A stretch of 60,873 nt of DNA from positions 1 to 60,873 of the forward strand of contig PIWD01000003.1 in NCBI GenBank assembly GCA_003354005.1, in the 5' to 3' direction. Position 1 is the first letter of the stretch. Each line of letters begins with the position of its first letter. Position numbers and translations under genes: made by a program. The DNA comes from Gammaproteobacteria bacterium (GTDB lineage Bacteria; Pseudomonadota; Gammaproteobacteria; PIWD01). Under the pieces are notes generated by a model that made no database searches, was not told where the DNA came from, and saw only the letters and a list, made by a program, of their open reading frames with translations. Of the stretch, positions 40,257 to 50,237 are shown piece after piece.

Positions 40257-41201
40257 TCATTGTTTTTTGTACCCGATTTGATCGGGGATGCCTGTATGTT
40301 GCTGCCCAATGTGAGTTACTTTTGCCCAATTGATGTTAGTGCTAGCGTGATCTTTGATATGATGCGCAACGGCCAATCGTTTTAGATCGCTCTTGCCGAA
40401 TTGCTCCAATGTTTCTTGTAAAGGTTCATGTGCTTCCAAATAAATCCTATTATTTATCCAGCCGACCTTGTAGGGTTGGTTAATAATGGCAACACGTGTG
40501 TTGGAACGTACCATCGAGAAAAGTTGTTCTATGTCTTCTGGGTACATACGTATGCAGCCAGCACTGCTGCGCCGTCCGACACCAGAGGGTGTGTTAGTTC
40601 CATGAATGAGGTAATGTGGCATAGACAGCATTATCACGTATTTGCCCAGGGGATTTTCAGGCCCAGGAGACATCTTAAGTGGTAGTGTGATACCCTCTAA
40701 GGCACTTGCTTCACGCACTGATTTGGGGACATACCACCAAGGATTTTTAATTTTTTTAGTGATCTTCATCAAACCAGTGGGGGTTTCCCAGCTTTGGCGA
40801 CCAATACCAACTGGGTAAGTATAGACGGTCTTACTGTGTTCTGGAAAATAATATAACCGCATTTCGGCTGAATTAATGATAATGCCGTGATAAAGTGGAT
40901 TTTTTTGACGAATATAGGGCAAAATGTAGTGGCTTGGAATAATAAGCATCGTGCCTACTTTAGGCTCTAGTGGGGCAATGCCAGGATTGGCCTCGACTAG
41001 TTCATAAAAACCAACATCATAGTGCTGCGCGATTGAAGACAAGGTGCCGCCTGACCGTATCTGTGTAAACTGTACAGCCCCGATCGTATCATTATTTTTA
41101 TAGAGGGCATACAATTTAGCTAGACAGACCTGACTGTGTAGCAGCATTAAACTTGATAACAACAGAAGCATTTTATAACACATGGCCTGAACTGTACGCA
41201 T
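40257..41201 (-). CDS. L,D-transpeptidase with LysM domain
   Basis: Signal peptide, LysM (LSSIAQHYDVGFYELVEANPG), and the YkuD catalytic motif HGTN...SAGCIRM. Confidence 0.85.
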   Translation of the reverse strand: MRTVQAMCYKMLLLLSSLMLLHSQVCLAKLYALYKNNDTIGAVQFTQIRSGGTLSSIAQHYDVGFYELVEANPGIAPLEPKVGTMLIIPSHYILPYIRQKNPLYHGIIINSAEMRLYYFPEHSKTVYTYPVGIGRQSWETPTGLMKITKKIKNPWWYVPKSVREASALEGITLPLKMSPGPENPLGKYVIMLSMPHYLIHGTNTPSGVGRRSSAGCIRMYPEDIEQLFSMVRSNTRVAIINQPYKVGWINNRIYLEAHEPLQETLEQFGKSDLKRLAVAHHIKDHASTNINWAKVTHIGQQHTGIPDQIGYKKQ

Positions 41202-41380
41202 TTACCTATTGAAATAAACTAAACTTAGACGACCACCCCATATTCCAACATGGAAACAAACGCCACTCACACAAGCCGATTATGCAATATTAATATGCTA
41301 TGATCAATTATCAGGCCAATAATTATCAAGTTTGCCACAAAAAATATGCAACATGGTGTGCCGTGTTAGTTTATAGAAAG

Positions 41381-41474
41381 ATGGGCATTATCCGATTCGA
41401 TTAAGCAGAAACCTCTGGGAGAGGTCGACCAACAACCAGCTTAGTAGTAAGCAACCACTTTCTTTAGGGAGAGG
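41381..41474 (-). repeat. dispersed repeat family R1, copy B
   Basis: Its reverse complement aligns to 2959-3050 (see R1-A). Confidence 0.8.
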
Positions 41475-41486
41475 AAGATGTCCAAA

Positions 41487-42410
41487 CTAAAAATGTGTTG
41501 TTCCTAAATAACCAAATGTGTACAATTTTTCAACCGCCCTCATTTCCTCTAGCAATTGGGTATAACTTGCTTCATAGTACTGTTTATGATTTTGATTCAC
41601 ATGTGACTCTAACTCTGCGCAAGCTTCTTTCAGGCGTCGCATCCCACAATAAGAAGCTGATCCTTTTAATCCATGTGCAATAAATTTTACGTTTTCCCAA
41701 TTGCCTTTACGGTGTGCACCTTGTAATAATTTCTCTTTTTGCTGAAACTCAGTGACGAAATCACTCAACCACCTTTCAGATCGTTCTTCGTGAATGTCTG
41801 AATGTATTTTTTCATGTGTCTTACGGAAGGTTGATAAATACTGGTTATCCCATAGTGGCATGATAAGATCCATGAGGTTACGGATGTCATTATCAGATAA
41901 TGGCTTGACAATAATGTGATCAATTCCTACATCCAAGCATTGTTGCCTAACTTCCTGTTCTTGATAAGCTGTTAACGCAACGATATGAAATTGTTTTTTT
42001 TGCTTCCCTGCCAAACGATGCATTTTTTCAGCAACTTCTAAACCATCCATATCTGGCAAACTAAGATCGAGCAGCACAACGTCATACGTTTGTTTGGATA
42101 CCTGTTCAAGAGCGATTCTTCCAGAATCAACGATATCAACTGAACAACCATGTTTTGCCATCATAGATGATGCAACACAAGCCGCCAATGGTTGATCTTC
42201 AACCAATAAGACATGTGTTTTTTTCTGTGGCGTGACGAGATCCTGAAATTCTTGAAATTTTTCATGATAAGCTTGCTGGCATTCCATAAGCTGATCAACA
42301 TATTTCTTTACTTTTTTTGACTTAGTGACATGCTTTTCCTTTTCAATACATTGAATAAGGCGTTGCTTTTCTTGCAATAAAGAACTCAATTCTTTTAATA
42401 ACGACTTCAC
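41487..42410 (-). CDS. response-regulator receiver plus HPt phosphotransfer protein with an N-terminal coiled coil
   Basis: REC domain (VLLVEDQPL...VLLDLSLPDMDGLEV...ALTA) and HPt domain (IAHGLKGSASYCGMRRLKEACAELE). GTG start. Confidence 0.75.
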   Translation of the reverse strand: MKSLLKELSSLLQEKQRLIQCIEKEKHVTKSKKVKKYVDQLMECQQAYHEKFQEFQDLVTPQKKTHVLLVEDQPLAACVASSMMAKHGCSVDIVDSGRIALEQVSKQTYDVVLLDLSLPDMDGLEVAEKMHRLAGKQKKQFHIVALTAYQEQEVRQQCLDVGIDHIIVKPLSDNDIRNLMDLIMPLWDNQYLSTFRKTHEKIHSDIHEERSERWLSDFVTEFQQKEKLLQGAHRKGNWENVKFIAHGLKGSASYCGMRRLKEACAELESHVNQNHKQYYEASYTQLLEEMRAVEKLYTFGYLGTTHF

Positions 42411-42809
42411 CTGTTTTATCCTCTTGTAGTGCTCTGTACCTTAATTCTAGGACAAATTTAGAAAAAATCTTGAATTTTAACTTATTTTGTTCGCTAGTAG
42501 ATGAGTTGCTACCACAATTGTGTTTTTGTGGTGTGTTTTTAGTTAATTGGAACGTTGTTTCCATTAGCAGTAGTGGTAATACTAGTGTTGAGATAACTAA
42601 CACATAGAAAATACATAACATTTATTTTCCCCTAGGCTATCAACTTGAATGCCCTGCAAAAATGCATTAACATCTGACCTGTTATGGCGTGTTACAAGCT
42701 TATACAACATTTTGATCAAATACGTCACTTTGACTTTAGTGCAGTAGCTTGGTGTCAGCATTTTGTTGATATCATGTTATTACTGCCATTTGTCTATTGG
42801 TTATAACCG

Positions 42810-45011
42810 ATGCTCCTACAAGTTGCAGTTCCTGTTCCAATGCGGATGACCTTTGTTTACAATCCGCCATCTGGTTGTATTCCAAACCTTAACCTCGTTG
42901 GTGTACGCGTACGTGTGCCATTTGGTCGTCGTAATGTAGTTGGCATTGTATGGGGCTGTACTGAAGAAAGCAATATATTGCCAAAACAAATTAAAACTGC
43001 AGCATGTGTGCTTGATACACATCCCATAGTAACCGCCCCTATTCAAAAGCTCTGTCAATTGGTGAGTGAGTATTATCATTACCCAATTGGTGAAGTCATC
43101 AGTTGTGCCCTGCCACGATTGCTGAGATCTGGGAAGTCAACGGAGTTAATCGGTGATAAGGGGGTTAAAATGACCGTGCAGGCTAAAAATGCAGATCTTT
43201 GTGTTATATCACGTCGTGCACCACGACAGGCAGCCTTATTAGAGTACCTGGAGGCTGTTGGTGGTTGGGCTTCACAACAGCAACTTGCAAAAGCTGGTTT
43301 TTCCTCAGGGTTACGTAAGGCACTACTTGAGAAGAAGTACTTAGAGATCTCCCCAGCACTGAATACATCCGTTAAACCAGACTTAGATGTTAAGTCGCCT
43401 TTAGACCTAAGTAAATCGCAAGCCGATGCCGTGCAAGCTGTTAGTAACTGTAATGCTTTCAAATCCTTTCTACTAGATGGTGTGACAGGCAGTGGTAAAA
43501 CAGAAGTTTACCTGCGTTTGATAGCACAAGTTATACAGCAAGGGAGGCAGGGGCTTCTACTAGTGCCAGAAATTGGCTTAACTCCACAAATGGTGCAGCG
43601 TGTGCAATCTCGATTCCTTGGTCGTCGCGTAATTGTCTTACACTCAGCCTTAACCGATCGTGAACGTCATGATAGCTGGTTACGTGCTTGGCGTGGAGAG
43701 GTTGATATTGTCATAGGCACCAGATCGGCTATCTTTGTGCCCTTACAAGCCTTAGGTATTATCATCATCGATGAGGAACATGATGGTGCCTACAGTCAAC
43801 TCAGTGGCTGTCGTTATTCGGCGCGTGATGTCGCGGTGATGCGTGCTAAAATAGAAAATATTCCAATTGTATTGGGATCAGCGACCCCATCATTGGAAAG
43901 TTGGCATAATATAAAACAAAAGCGTTATCAGCATTTACGATTGCCGCAACGTGCTGGTAGTGCACAATTGCCAACATTTCATACCATTGACCTACGTGGC
44001 CGTAAACTGCTGCATGGTTTATCTACGGAATTGCTACAAGCCATCGACAAGCATTTGTCGGCAGGACAGCAGATTTTATTATTTTTAAATCGTCGTGGAT
44101 TTGCCCCAGTATTACTGTGCAACAACTGTGGTTGGCAGGCGAAGTGTCAATATTGCGATGCACGTATGACCCTGCATTGTCAGCCAGAACGCTTATACTG
44201 CCATCACTGTGGTGCTGCACAATGTGTTCCAAAGCAATGTCCAGCCTGTAGTGAAATGCAATTACAACAAGTTGGTGTGGGCACCGAACGATTAGAGCAA
44301 ACCTTACGTCAGCACTACCCAGATGTTCCCATAACTCGCATTGATCGAGATACTGTGCGTGGTTCTGGGAGGAAATTTTCTGAATTGCTAAAAAATATCC
44401 ATCAAAATAACAGCCACATATTGTGTGGCACACAAATGTTAGCAAAAGGACATCATTTTCCGCATGTGACAATGGTTGGTATTCTGGACGTTGATTATGG
44501 ATTATGTAGTTCTGATTTTCGGGCACTGGAGCACATGAGCCAGTTAATACTACAAGTTGCTGGTCGTGCTGGTCGTGGCGAGCAATCTGGAGAGGTATAC
44601 CTACAAACGCGTTACATCGATCACCCTATGCTACAAGCACTTTTACGTAGTGGATACCATACACTAATGGATCATCTATTGGTTGAGCGCAAACAGGCAC
44701 AACTACCACCACTAGCTTATTTGGCAGTTTGGCATATTGAGTCCAAGGTTAAACAAAAATCGGAAGCTGCAGCGGAAGTATTAGCACAGCATATCGCACA
44801 GTACACAAACAAACAGGTAAACTGTATCGGACCAATACCTGCCGTTATGATGAAACGTGCTAATTATTACCGTATGCAACTCTGGTTATGTAGTACACAA
44901 CGTAGTAATCTGCATCAACTTTTAAATCAGGTCTTAAACAACTGGCCTAAACTCAATTTGCCATCTTCGGTTCACTGTACATTGGATGTTGACCCCGTAA
45001 CTTGTAATTGA
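42810..45011 (+). CDS. priA: primosomal protein N' (replication restart helicase)
   Basis: MLLQVAVPVPMRMTFVY, Walker A GVTGSGKTEVY, DEEHD, and Cys-rich zinc motifs (CNNCGW..C.YCD...CHHCG). Confidence 0.95.
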   Translation: MLLQVAVPVPMRMTFVYNPPSGCIPNLNLVGVRVRVPFGRRNVVGIVWGCTEESNILPKQIKTAACVLDTHPIVTAPIQKLCQLVSEYYHYPIGEVISCALPRLLRSGKSTELIGDKGVKMTVQAKNADLCVISRRAPRQAALLEYLEAVGGWASQQQLAKAGFSSGLRKALLEKKYLEISPALNTSVKPDLDVKSPLDLSKSQADAVQAVSNCNAFKSFLLDGVTGSGKTEVYLRLIAQVIQQGRQGLLLVPEIGLTPQMVQRVQSRFLGRRVIVLHSALTDRERHDSWLRAWRGEVDIVIGTRSAIFVPLQALGIIIIDEEHDGAYSQLSGCRYSARDVAVMRAKIENIPIVLGSATPSLESWHNIKQKRYQHLRLPQRAGSAQLPTFHTIDLRGRKLLHGLSTELLQAIDKHLSAGQQILLFLNRRGFAPVLLCNNCGWQAKCQYCDARMTLHCQPERLYCHHCGAAQCVPKQCPACSEMQLQQVGVGTERLEQTLRQHYPDVPITRIDRDTVRGSGRKFSELLKNIHQNNSHILCGTQMLAKGHHFPHVTMVGILDVDYGLCSSDFRALEHMSQLILQVAGRAGRGEQSGEVYLQTRYIDHPMLQALLRSGYHTLMDHLLVERKQAQLPPLAYLAVWHIESKVKQKSEAAAEVLAQHIAQYTNKQVNCIGPIPAVMMKRANYYRMQLWLCSTQRSNLHQLLNQVLNNWPKLNLPSSVHCTLDVDPVTCN

Positions 45012-45112
45012 TACTAGCTAAAAGCGTACACACTAAACGCGACAAAGTTTTGACAAAAACAAACTGAGGTGATAGCATCATCCCATGTACTTAATTCTCA
45101 CAGTAGCAAGCT

Positions 45113-45298
45113 ATGGCACAATTAGACGATAAACCGTGCACTGCAAAGCATTACAATGTCACATCAGCAGATCTCCCGTTGTCGTGTCCAACTGCTGGCA
45201 TCCCACTTTGGAATTTTCATCCACGTGTTTTCTTGCCCATCGAAAAAACAGGGCACGAAAAGTGCCCATATTGTGGAACCGAGTATTTTATGAATTGA
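45113..45298 (+). CDS. small zinc-finger (CHCC-type) protein
   Basis: 61 aa with C...H...CPYCG spacing. Confidence 0.6.
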   Translation: MAQLDDKPCTAKHYNVTSADLPLSCPTAGIPLWNFHPRVFLPIEKTGHEKCPYCGTEYFMN

Positions 45299-45344
45299 CA
45301 TCCTCCACCTGAGCGAGTAAGTCTTATGGCGAGCTGGATAAAAT

Positions 45345-46394
45345 ATGAACCCAAGCAACGAGGATAAAATTTTAATCATCTCACCTGGATGGGTTGGTGA
45401 TCTAATTATGGCGCAAGCTTTATTCAAGTTACTTAAACGACAGCAGCCTGCTTGTATTATTGATGTTCTAGCCCCACGCTGGGCACACCCTTTACTTATG
45501 CGTATGCCAGAGATTAATGAGCATATTGTTGCTGAGTTTCAACATGGAGAACTGAAGTTGCGCAAGCGTTTTCAATGCGCAAAGCAATTACAATCTCGTA
45601 ATTATAGTCGGTCTATTATTTTGCCAAATTCATTTAAGTCTGCACTCATCCCTTGGTTGGCAAAGATTAAGCATCGTACTGGTTGGCTTGGGGAACAACG
45701 ATGGGGCATCATTAACGACCGACAAAAATCAAATAAAAAAGACATGCCACTTATGGTGAGTCATTATCTAGCTCTAGCTCAGACAAATAATCAAAGCCTC
45801 TTAACAACACCTATAGAATCCGTATTATTGCCCTCGTTGAGTGTTAATATAGATAAACAGCATCTATTACTTAAAACACTCAATTTAAGACTTGATAAAC
45901 CAGTGCTTGCTTTATGTCCTGGAGCTAAATATGGGTCATCTAAACAATGGCCAAGTAACTACTTTTCAGTATTAGCACGACATATGCTGCGACAAGATTG
46001 GCAAGTTTGGATATTCGGAAGCCCAGAAGATAGCCCTATTGCCAAAAAAATTCATCAGTCATGTTCTTCCGACTACTACTTTAATTTGTGTGGAAAAACA
46101 AAACTAAACGATGCAATCGATTTACTGTCCCTCGCCCGTATTGTGGTCAGCAATGATTCAGGTTTAATGCATATGGCCAGTGCTCTAAAACGTCCACTTG
46201 TTGTATTATATGGAGCAACAACACCAAAATTTGCACCTCCACTTACAAAAAAGCATGTAATTTTGTACCGTAATTTAAGTTGTCAGCCTTGCCTTAAGCG
46301 ACTCTGTCCCTTAAAACATTTTAAGTGTATGCGCGAATTGCCACCACAAAAAGTTATACACGCCATGCAACAGTTGGATGCATCTGTACTATGA
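45345..46394 (+). CDS. waaF: ADP-heptose--LPS heptosyltransferase II
   Basis: KILIISPGWVGDLIMAQ...IDVLAPRW..PLL.RMPEINE...ILPNSFKSALIPW...HRTGW closely parallels E. coli WaaF. Confidence 0.9.
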   Translation: MNPSNEDKILIISPGWVGDLIMAQALFKLLKRQQPACIIDVLAPRWAHPLLMRMPEINEHIVAEFQHGELKLRKRFQCAKQLQSRNYSRSIILPNSFKSALIPWLAKIKHRTGWLGEQRWGIINDRQKSNKKDMPLMVSHYLALAQTNNQSLLTTPIESVLLPSLSVNIDKQHLLLKTLNLRLDKPVLALCPGAKYGSSKQWPSNYFSVLARHMLRQDWQVWIFGSPEDSPIAKKIHQSCSSDYYFNLCGKTKLNDAIDLLSLARIVVSNDSGLMHMASALKRPLVVLYGATTPKFAPPLTKKHVILYRNLSCQPCLKRLCPLKHFKCMRELPPQKVIHAMQQLDASVL

Positions 46395-47395
46395 AAAAAG
46401 TTCTTATCCTAAAAACATCATCTATGGGGGATCTAATCCACACTCTTCCTGCCTTAAGTGATTCAGCAAGCCAAATACCAAATATTAAATTCACCTGGGT
46501 AACAGAAGAAGCATTTCAAGACATACCATCCTGGCATCCAGCAGTGCATAGGATTATTCCAATTGCTCTACGTCGTCTGAAAAAAAAAGCACTATACCTA
46601 TCTAGTTGGCAAGCCTTACGTACCTTCAAGACACAGCTCATCGATACAACTTATCACCACGTAATCGATGCACAGGGATTATTGAAAAGTGCAATACCAA
46701 CATACCTAAGTAATGGACCCAACTGGGGGTACGATAGACACAGTGCCCGCGATCCCATCGCCAGTTTATTTTACCAACATCATGTATCAGTACATAAAGA
46801 CCTACATGCTATAACACGCACACGCCAGCTATTTAGTCTAGCACTTGGGTATCCCATGTCCATCACTGAAAACACACCCAACTATGGCATTAACACAAAG
46901 AATCTGCCTGCAACACCAAAAGATTTCAAACTACCCACAACACCTGATCGATGTCTTATTTCTATTCACATGACAAGCAAAACCACGAAATGCTGGCCAA
47001 TAACTTTTTGGATTAAACTACTACACCAAGCAACAGACAATGGCTACCACATCTTATATCCATGGGGGAATGAAGAGGAAAAAAAGCGAGCACAGTACAT
47101 TGCAGCAAAACATGCTCACGCACATGTTTTACCAGCTCTAACACTTGGTCAATTTGCTAGTCTCTACAATCAAATATCTGGAGCCGTGGGTTTAGACACT
47201 GGGCTTAGCCACCTCGCAGCGGCCTTATCGCTGCCTATGGTATCTCTGTATGGACCTACACTAGCAGAACGTATTGGAGCATTTGGTCGTCATCAGATTC
47301 ACTTACAAGAAAACAGATTGGATAAAATCCCACCTGAAAAAGTATGGAAACAGCTTCAGTCTTTGCTACAAAAAGTTAAACATGAATCACCTTGA
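46391..47395 (+). CDS. waaC: ADP-heptose--LPS heptosyltransferase I
   Basis: MKKVLILKTSSMGDLIHTLPAL...IKFTWVTEEAFQDIPSWHPAV..IIPIALRR...VIDAQGLLKSA parallels E. coli WaaC. ATGA overlap with waaF. Confidence 0.9.
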   Translation: MKKVLILKTSSMGDLIHTLPALSDSASQIPNIKFTWVTEEAFQDIPSWHPAVHRIIPIALRRLKKKALYLSSWQALRTFKTQLIDTTYHHVIDAQGLLKSAIPTYLSNGPNWGYDRHSARDPIASLFYQHHVSVHKDLHAITRTRQLFSLALGYPMSITENTPNYGINTKNLPATPKDFKLPTTPDRCLISIHMTSKTTKCWPITFWIKLLHQATDNGYHILYPWGNEEEKKRAQYIAAKHAHAHVLPALTLGQFASLYNQISGAVGLDTGLSHLAAALSLPMVSLYGPTLAERIGAFGRHQIHLQENRLDKIPPEKVWKQLQSLLQKVKHESP

Positions 47396-48452
47396 ACAGA
47401 AACATTATATCATAAGTCGTATTGATAATATCGGAGACGTAGTTCTAACACTACCTTTGATCGAGCAATTAAAAAAATATGACCCATCTTGTCGTATCAC
47501 TTTTTTAGCTAGATATTATACCCACCCAGTACTCAAATGCTGCCCTGCCATCAATCAATATCTTGATTGGGAAAAATTAAAAACAAAAAGTGATGCAGAG
47601 ATCATCAAGCAGCTTCAAGCACAAAATGCACATGTTATAATACATCTACTACCAGCACCACGGTTGTCTGTACTTGCACGAAAAGCAAAGATTCCCATGC
47701 GAATTGGAACAGCTCGGCGTTGGTATCACTGGTTAAACTGCACACATTGTGTCAAGATAACTGCGAACGACAAACGCAAGTATCATGAATATGAATTGAA
47801 CATTAAGTTGCTAGATCCACTTGGCATTAAAGCTCACTTAAATAATGCCTCGCACGTTTTACTGCCAGAACTCGATATTAATCGGTTGCCAACATCAGAG
47901 CATATTAAAATTGACCGAATCCTACCACCTTCAAATCGTTTTCAGATAATAATTCATCCTGGATCGCTCGGACACGGTCGTGAATGGAATCCCTCATTAT
48001 TCGTCAAACTTATTCACAGCTTACCGCAGGATCGTTACCATATTTTATTGTGTGGTTCATCCAGGGAGTCTGTACGCTTCAAAGGTGTGCTAGCAGACTT
48101 ATGCCCAAAAGCAACTAATTTAATGGAAAAACTTTCACTAGATGCTTATATTATACTGATCGCACGCAGCAACGGGTTTATTGCATCGGGCACAGGGCCT
48201 CTGCATATCGCGGCTGCCTTGGGCATTCCAACTCTCGGTCTATTTCCAGCTAAACAAAATATCGGCTCTACAAGATGGCGACCGATCGGTCGAAAAGCAC
48301 AATACCTTGTATCAAATAACTGCCAAGAGTGCCAAAGTGCTTCCGATTGCGATTGCATGACTCAAATCACAGTTGAACAAGTTCAAAACGTAATTCTACA
48401 ATGGTTCGAATCTACGTCCAAGTGTCAATCCAATAATACAAAGGAAACGTGA
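47382..48452 (+). CDS. glycosyltransferase family 9 (third heptosyltransferase-like enzyme)
   Basis: RIDNIGDVVLTLPL and the C-terminal GT9 motif SGTGPLHIAAALG.PT..LF. Confidence 0.8.
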   Translation: MNHLEQKHYIISRIDNIGDVVLTLPLIEQLKKYDPSCRITFLARYYTHPVLKCCPAINQYLDWEKLKTKSDAEIIKQLQAQNAHVIIHLLPAPRLSVLARKAKIPMRIGTARRWYHWLNCTHCVKITANDKRKYHEYELNIKLLDPLGIKAHLNNASHVLLPELDINRLPTSEHIKIDRILPPSNRFQIIIHPGSLGHGREWNPSLFVKLIHSLPQDRYHILLCGSSRESVRFKGVLADLCPKATNLMEKLSLDAYIILIARSNGFIASGTGPLHIAAALGIPTLGLFPAKQNIGSTRWRPIGRKAQYLVSNNCQECQSASDCDCMTQITVEQVQNVILQWFESTSKCQSNNTKET

Positions 48453-49672
48453 AAATGCTAACAGCCACAAATGATGCCATACAGCGACCAACTCCTTGGC
48501 AAAACAGATGTCTTAAATTGAGTCAGTGGAGTGCGATTGGAGTGGGTTTCTCACTACCATTTTCGACCAGTGCAACTGATATTCTGTTTATTAGTGCTGT
48601 GCTTGCTTATCTAGCCTCAAATACATTAAAGCAGCTTTACAACGACCAATTTGGATCAAATCGTAACACAATTGCATTGATTCTTATGGGAGCCTTTACA
48701 TTTATGCTACTGGGTGTAAGTTATACACAAGCACCGATAAACGATATCATCCATAGCCTGCATAAATATCAAAAACTAGCCATAGCAGCAATATTGTTCC
48801 CTGTATTCAGTGATGTGCTAACAAAAAAACGGTCTTTACTGGCCTTACTTGTATCATTATTTATTTTTATGTTAATCACCTACATTGCTTACTATCACGT
48901 ACTTCCTATATCAGGTTATAGAAATGACCCACAACAACAGGCTGCTATTTTCAAAAACCATATTGCCAGCAATTTCTTAATGGCATTATTCAGCTACTTT
49001 TTAGCTTATTTGATGATATACAATCGACCATATCGCTGGTTGTTCACAATCTTGTGGTGCGCAAGCACTTACAACGTGCTGTATCTAAGTTCTGGACGTT
49101 CTGGGTATATTATTTTCATTGTATTGATGCTGTTATTGGCATGGCAGCGATGGCGTTTAAAAGGGATAGCTTCTGTAAGCCTCCTGTTGCTATTTCTTTT
49201 ACTTATAACCTACCAACATGCACCTACCTTTAGAAAACGGCTTCAGCAGGCAGTAACGGCCGTTGTACGGCATGATATACATGCGTCTACAGGTGAGAGA
49301 ATAGCATATGCAAAAAATAGCTTGCGATTAATAAAAGAGAGTCCTGTAATTGGCTTTGGAACGGGCAGCTTTGCTCATCAATATAAACGCATCAGCGGAT
49401 GGGCAAACTATAACCCACACAATGAATATTTGCATATCGGCGTTCAATTTGGTGTATTTGGCATCCTCTTATTGATTGCCATGATGTTACACCAATGGTG
49501 GACTAGTTTCAGCTTATCACAACCATACAAAGCATTTGCTCAAGCCATAATATGCACAATGCTTATAGGATTTTGTATTAACAGTTGGTTAATGGACACG
49601 ACACAAGGACACATATACGTGTATATGCTTGCAATATGCTTCTCCAGGACAACACCAAAAATAGAACGATAA
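48449..49672 (+). CDS. O-antigen ligase family membrane protein (WaaL-like)
   Basis: About 10 TM segments and a periplasmic loop with GSFA...YNPHNEYLHIGVQFGVFG (Wzy_C-type motif). Confidence 0.75.
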   Translation: MKMLTATNDAIQRPTPWQNRCLKLSQWSAIGVGFSLPFSTSATDILFISAVLAYLASNTLKQLYNDQFGSNRNTIALILMGAFTFMLLGVSYTQAPINDIIHSLHKYQKLAIAAILFPVFSDVLTKKRSLLALLVSLFIFMLITYIAYYHVLPISGYRNDPQQQAAIFKNHIASNFLMALFSYFLAYLMIYNRPYRWLFTILWCASTYNVLYLSSGRSGYIIFIVLMLLLAWQRWRLKGIASVSLLLLFLLLITYQHAPTFRKRLQQAVTAVVRHDIHASTGERIAYAKNSLRLIKESPVIGFGTGSFAHQYKRISGWANYNPHNEYLHIGVQFGVFGILLLIAMMLHQWWTSFSLSQPYKAFAQAIICTMLIGFCINSWLMDTTQGHIYVYMLAICFSRTTPKIER

Positions 49673-49702
49673 ACTAACTTAACTGTTTTGCCGAAACAAA
49701 AG

Positions 49703-49930
49703 TTATCCACAGCCTTAATATATATAGTAAGTATATATATATATAAGTTATAGTAGTTATTACTGCTGTGGATAAGTGTCCAAATTGACCGCAACCCACT
49801 GTCAACTGTTGGATTGCTCGACTGGATAAGCTGTTAGTAACTTGTGGATAAGCTGTGGACAATATCTGGATAACTTTAAAAAAATAAATTATCCACAGCT
49901 TATCCACAAGTTACTAACAGCTTATCCACA
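49703..49930. promoter_or_regulatory. DnaA-box cluster with adjacent TA-rich tract: candidate oriC (or datA-like DnaA-binding locus)
   Basis: Perfect TTATCCACA at 49703-49711(+), 49767-49775(rc), 49843-49851(rc), 49889-49897(+), 49900-49908(+) and 49922-49930(+). Near-boxes at 49822-49830, 49854-49862 and 49865-49873. A highly AT-rich tract with a (TA)n run lies at 49712-49766. A 41-bp inverted repeat pairs 49822-49862 with 49889-49930. Confidence 0.7.
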
Positions 49931-50089
49931 GGCTGTTAATATTCTTAACCTTTTGGAATTCTCCGCACAGACTAGCATTGAGTAACTTTGGTGGGTTATG
50001 TTGCAAAAATGAGTGGTATACAAGAAAATATCTATTTAATTAAGTATTAAAGGTAAAATTAATGGTCAAGTTTTCAGGCAGACATTTTT

Positions 50090-50218
50090 CTAAGGATTAA
50101 GGTAACTATAATCAAATTCATCAACTCCATCATCAATCGCCTTCTCGATTTCATCTCTATTAGTGTTATTACAAGCAAGTGTCTTATCAGATATACCATC
50201 AAGGTACATATATTTCAT
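50090..50218 (-). CDS. possible 42-aa acidic ORF (last gene of the orphan operon)
   Basis: Hand translation MKYMYLDGISDKTLACNNTNRDEIEKAIDDGVDEFDYSYLNP. It lies 19 nt downstream of the stop at 50238 on the same strand. No homology support. Confidence 0.2.
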   Translation of the reverse strand: MKYMYLDGISDKTLACNNTNRDEIEKAIDDGVDEFDYSYLNP

Positions 50219-50237
50219 CTCGATTCTTAGACTTTTT

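Noticed and set aside
49822-49930. Repeated cttatccaca units as a CRISPR-like or tandem-repeat array
   Set aside because: The units are 9-bp DnaA boxes arranged as an inverted repeat. There are no regular spacers and no cas genes in the window. No CRISPR array was seen anywhere in the window.
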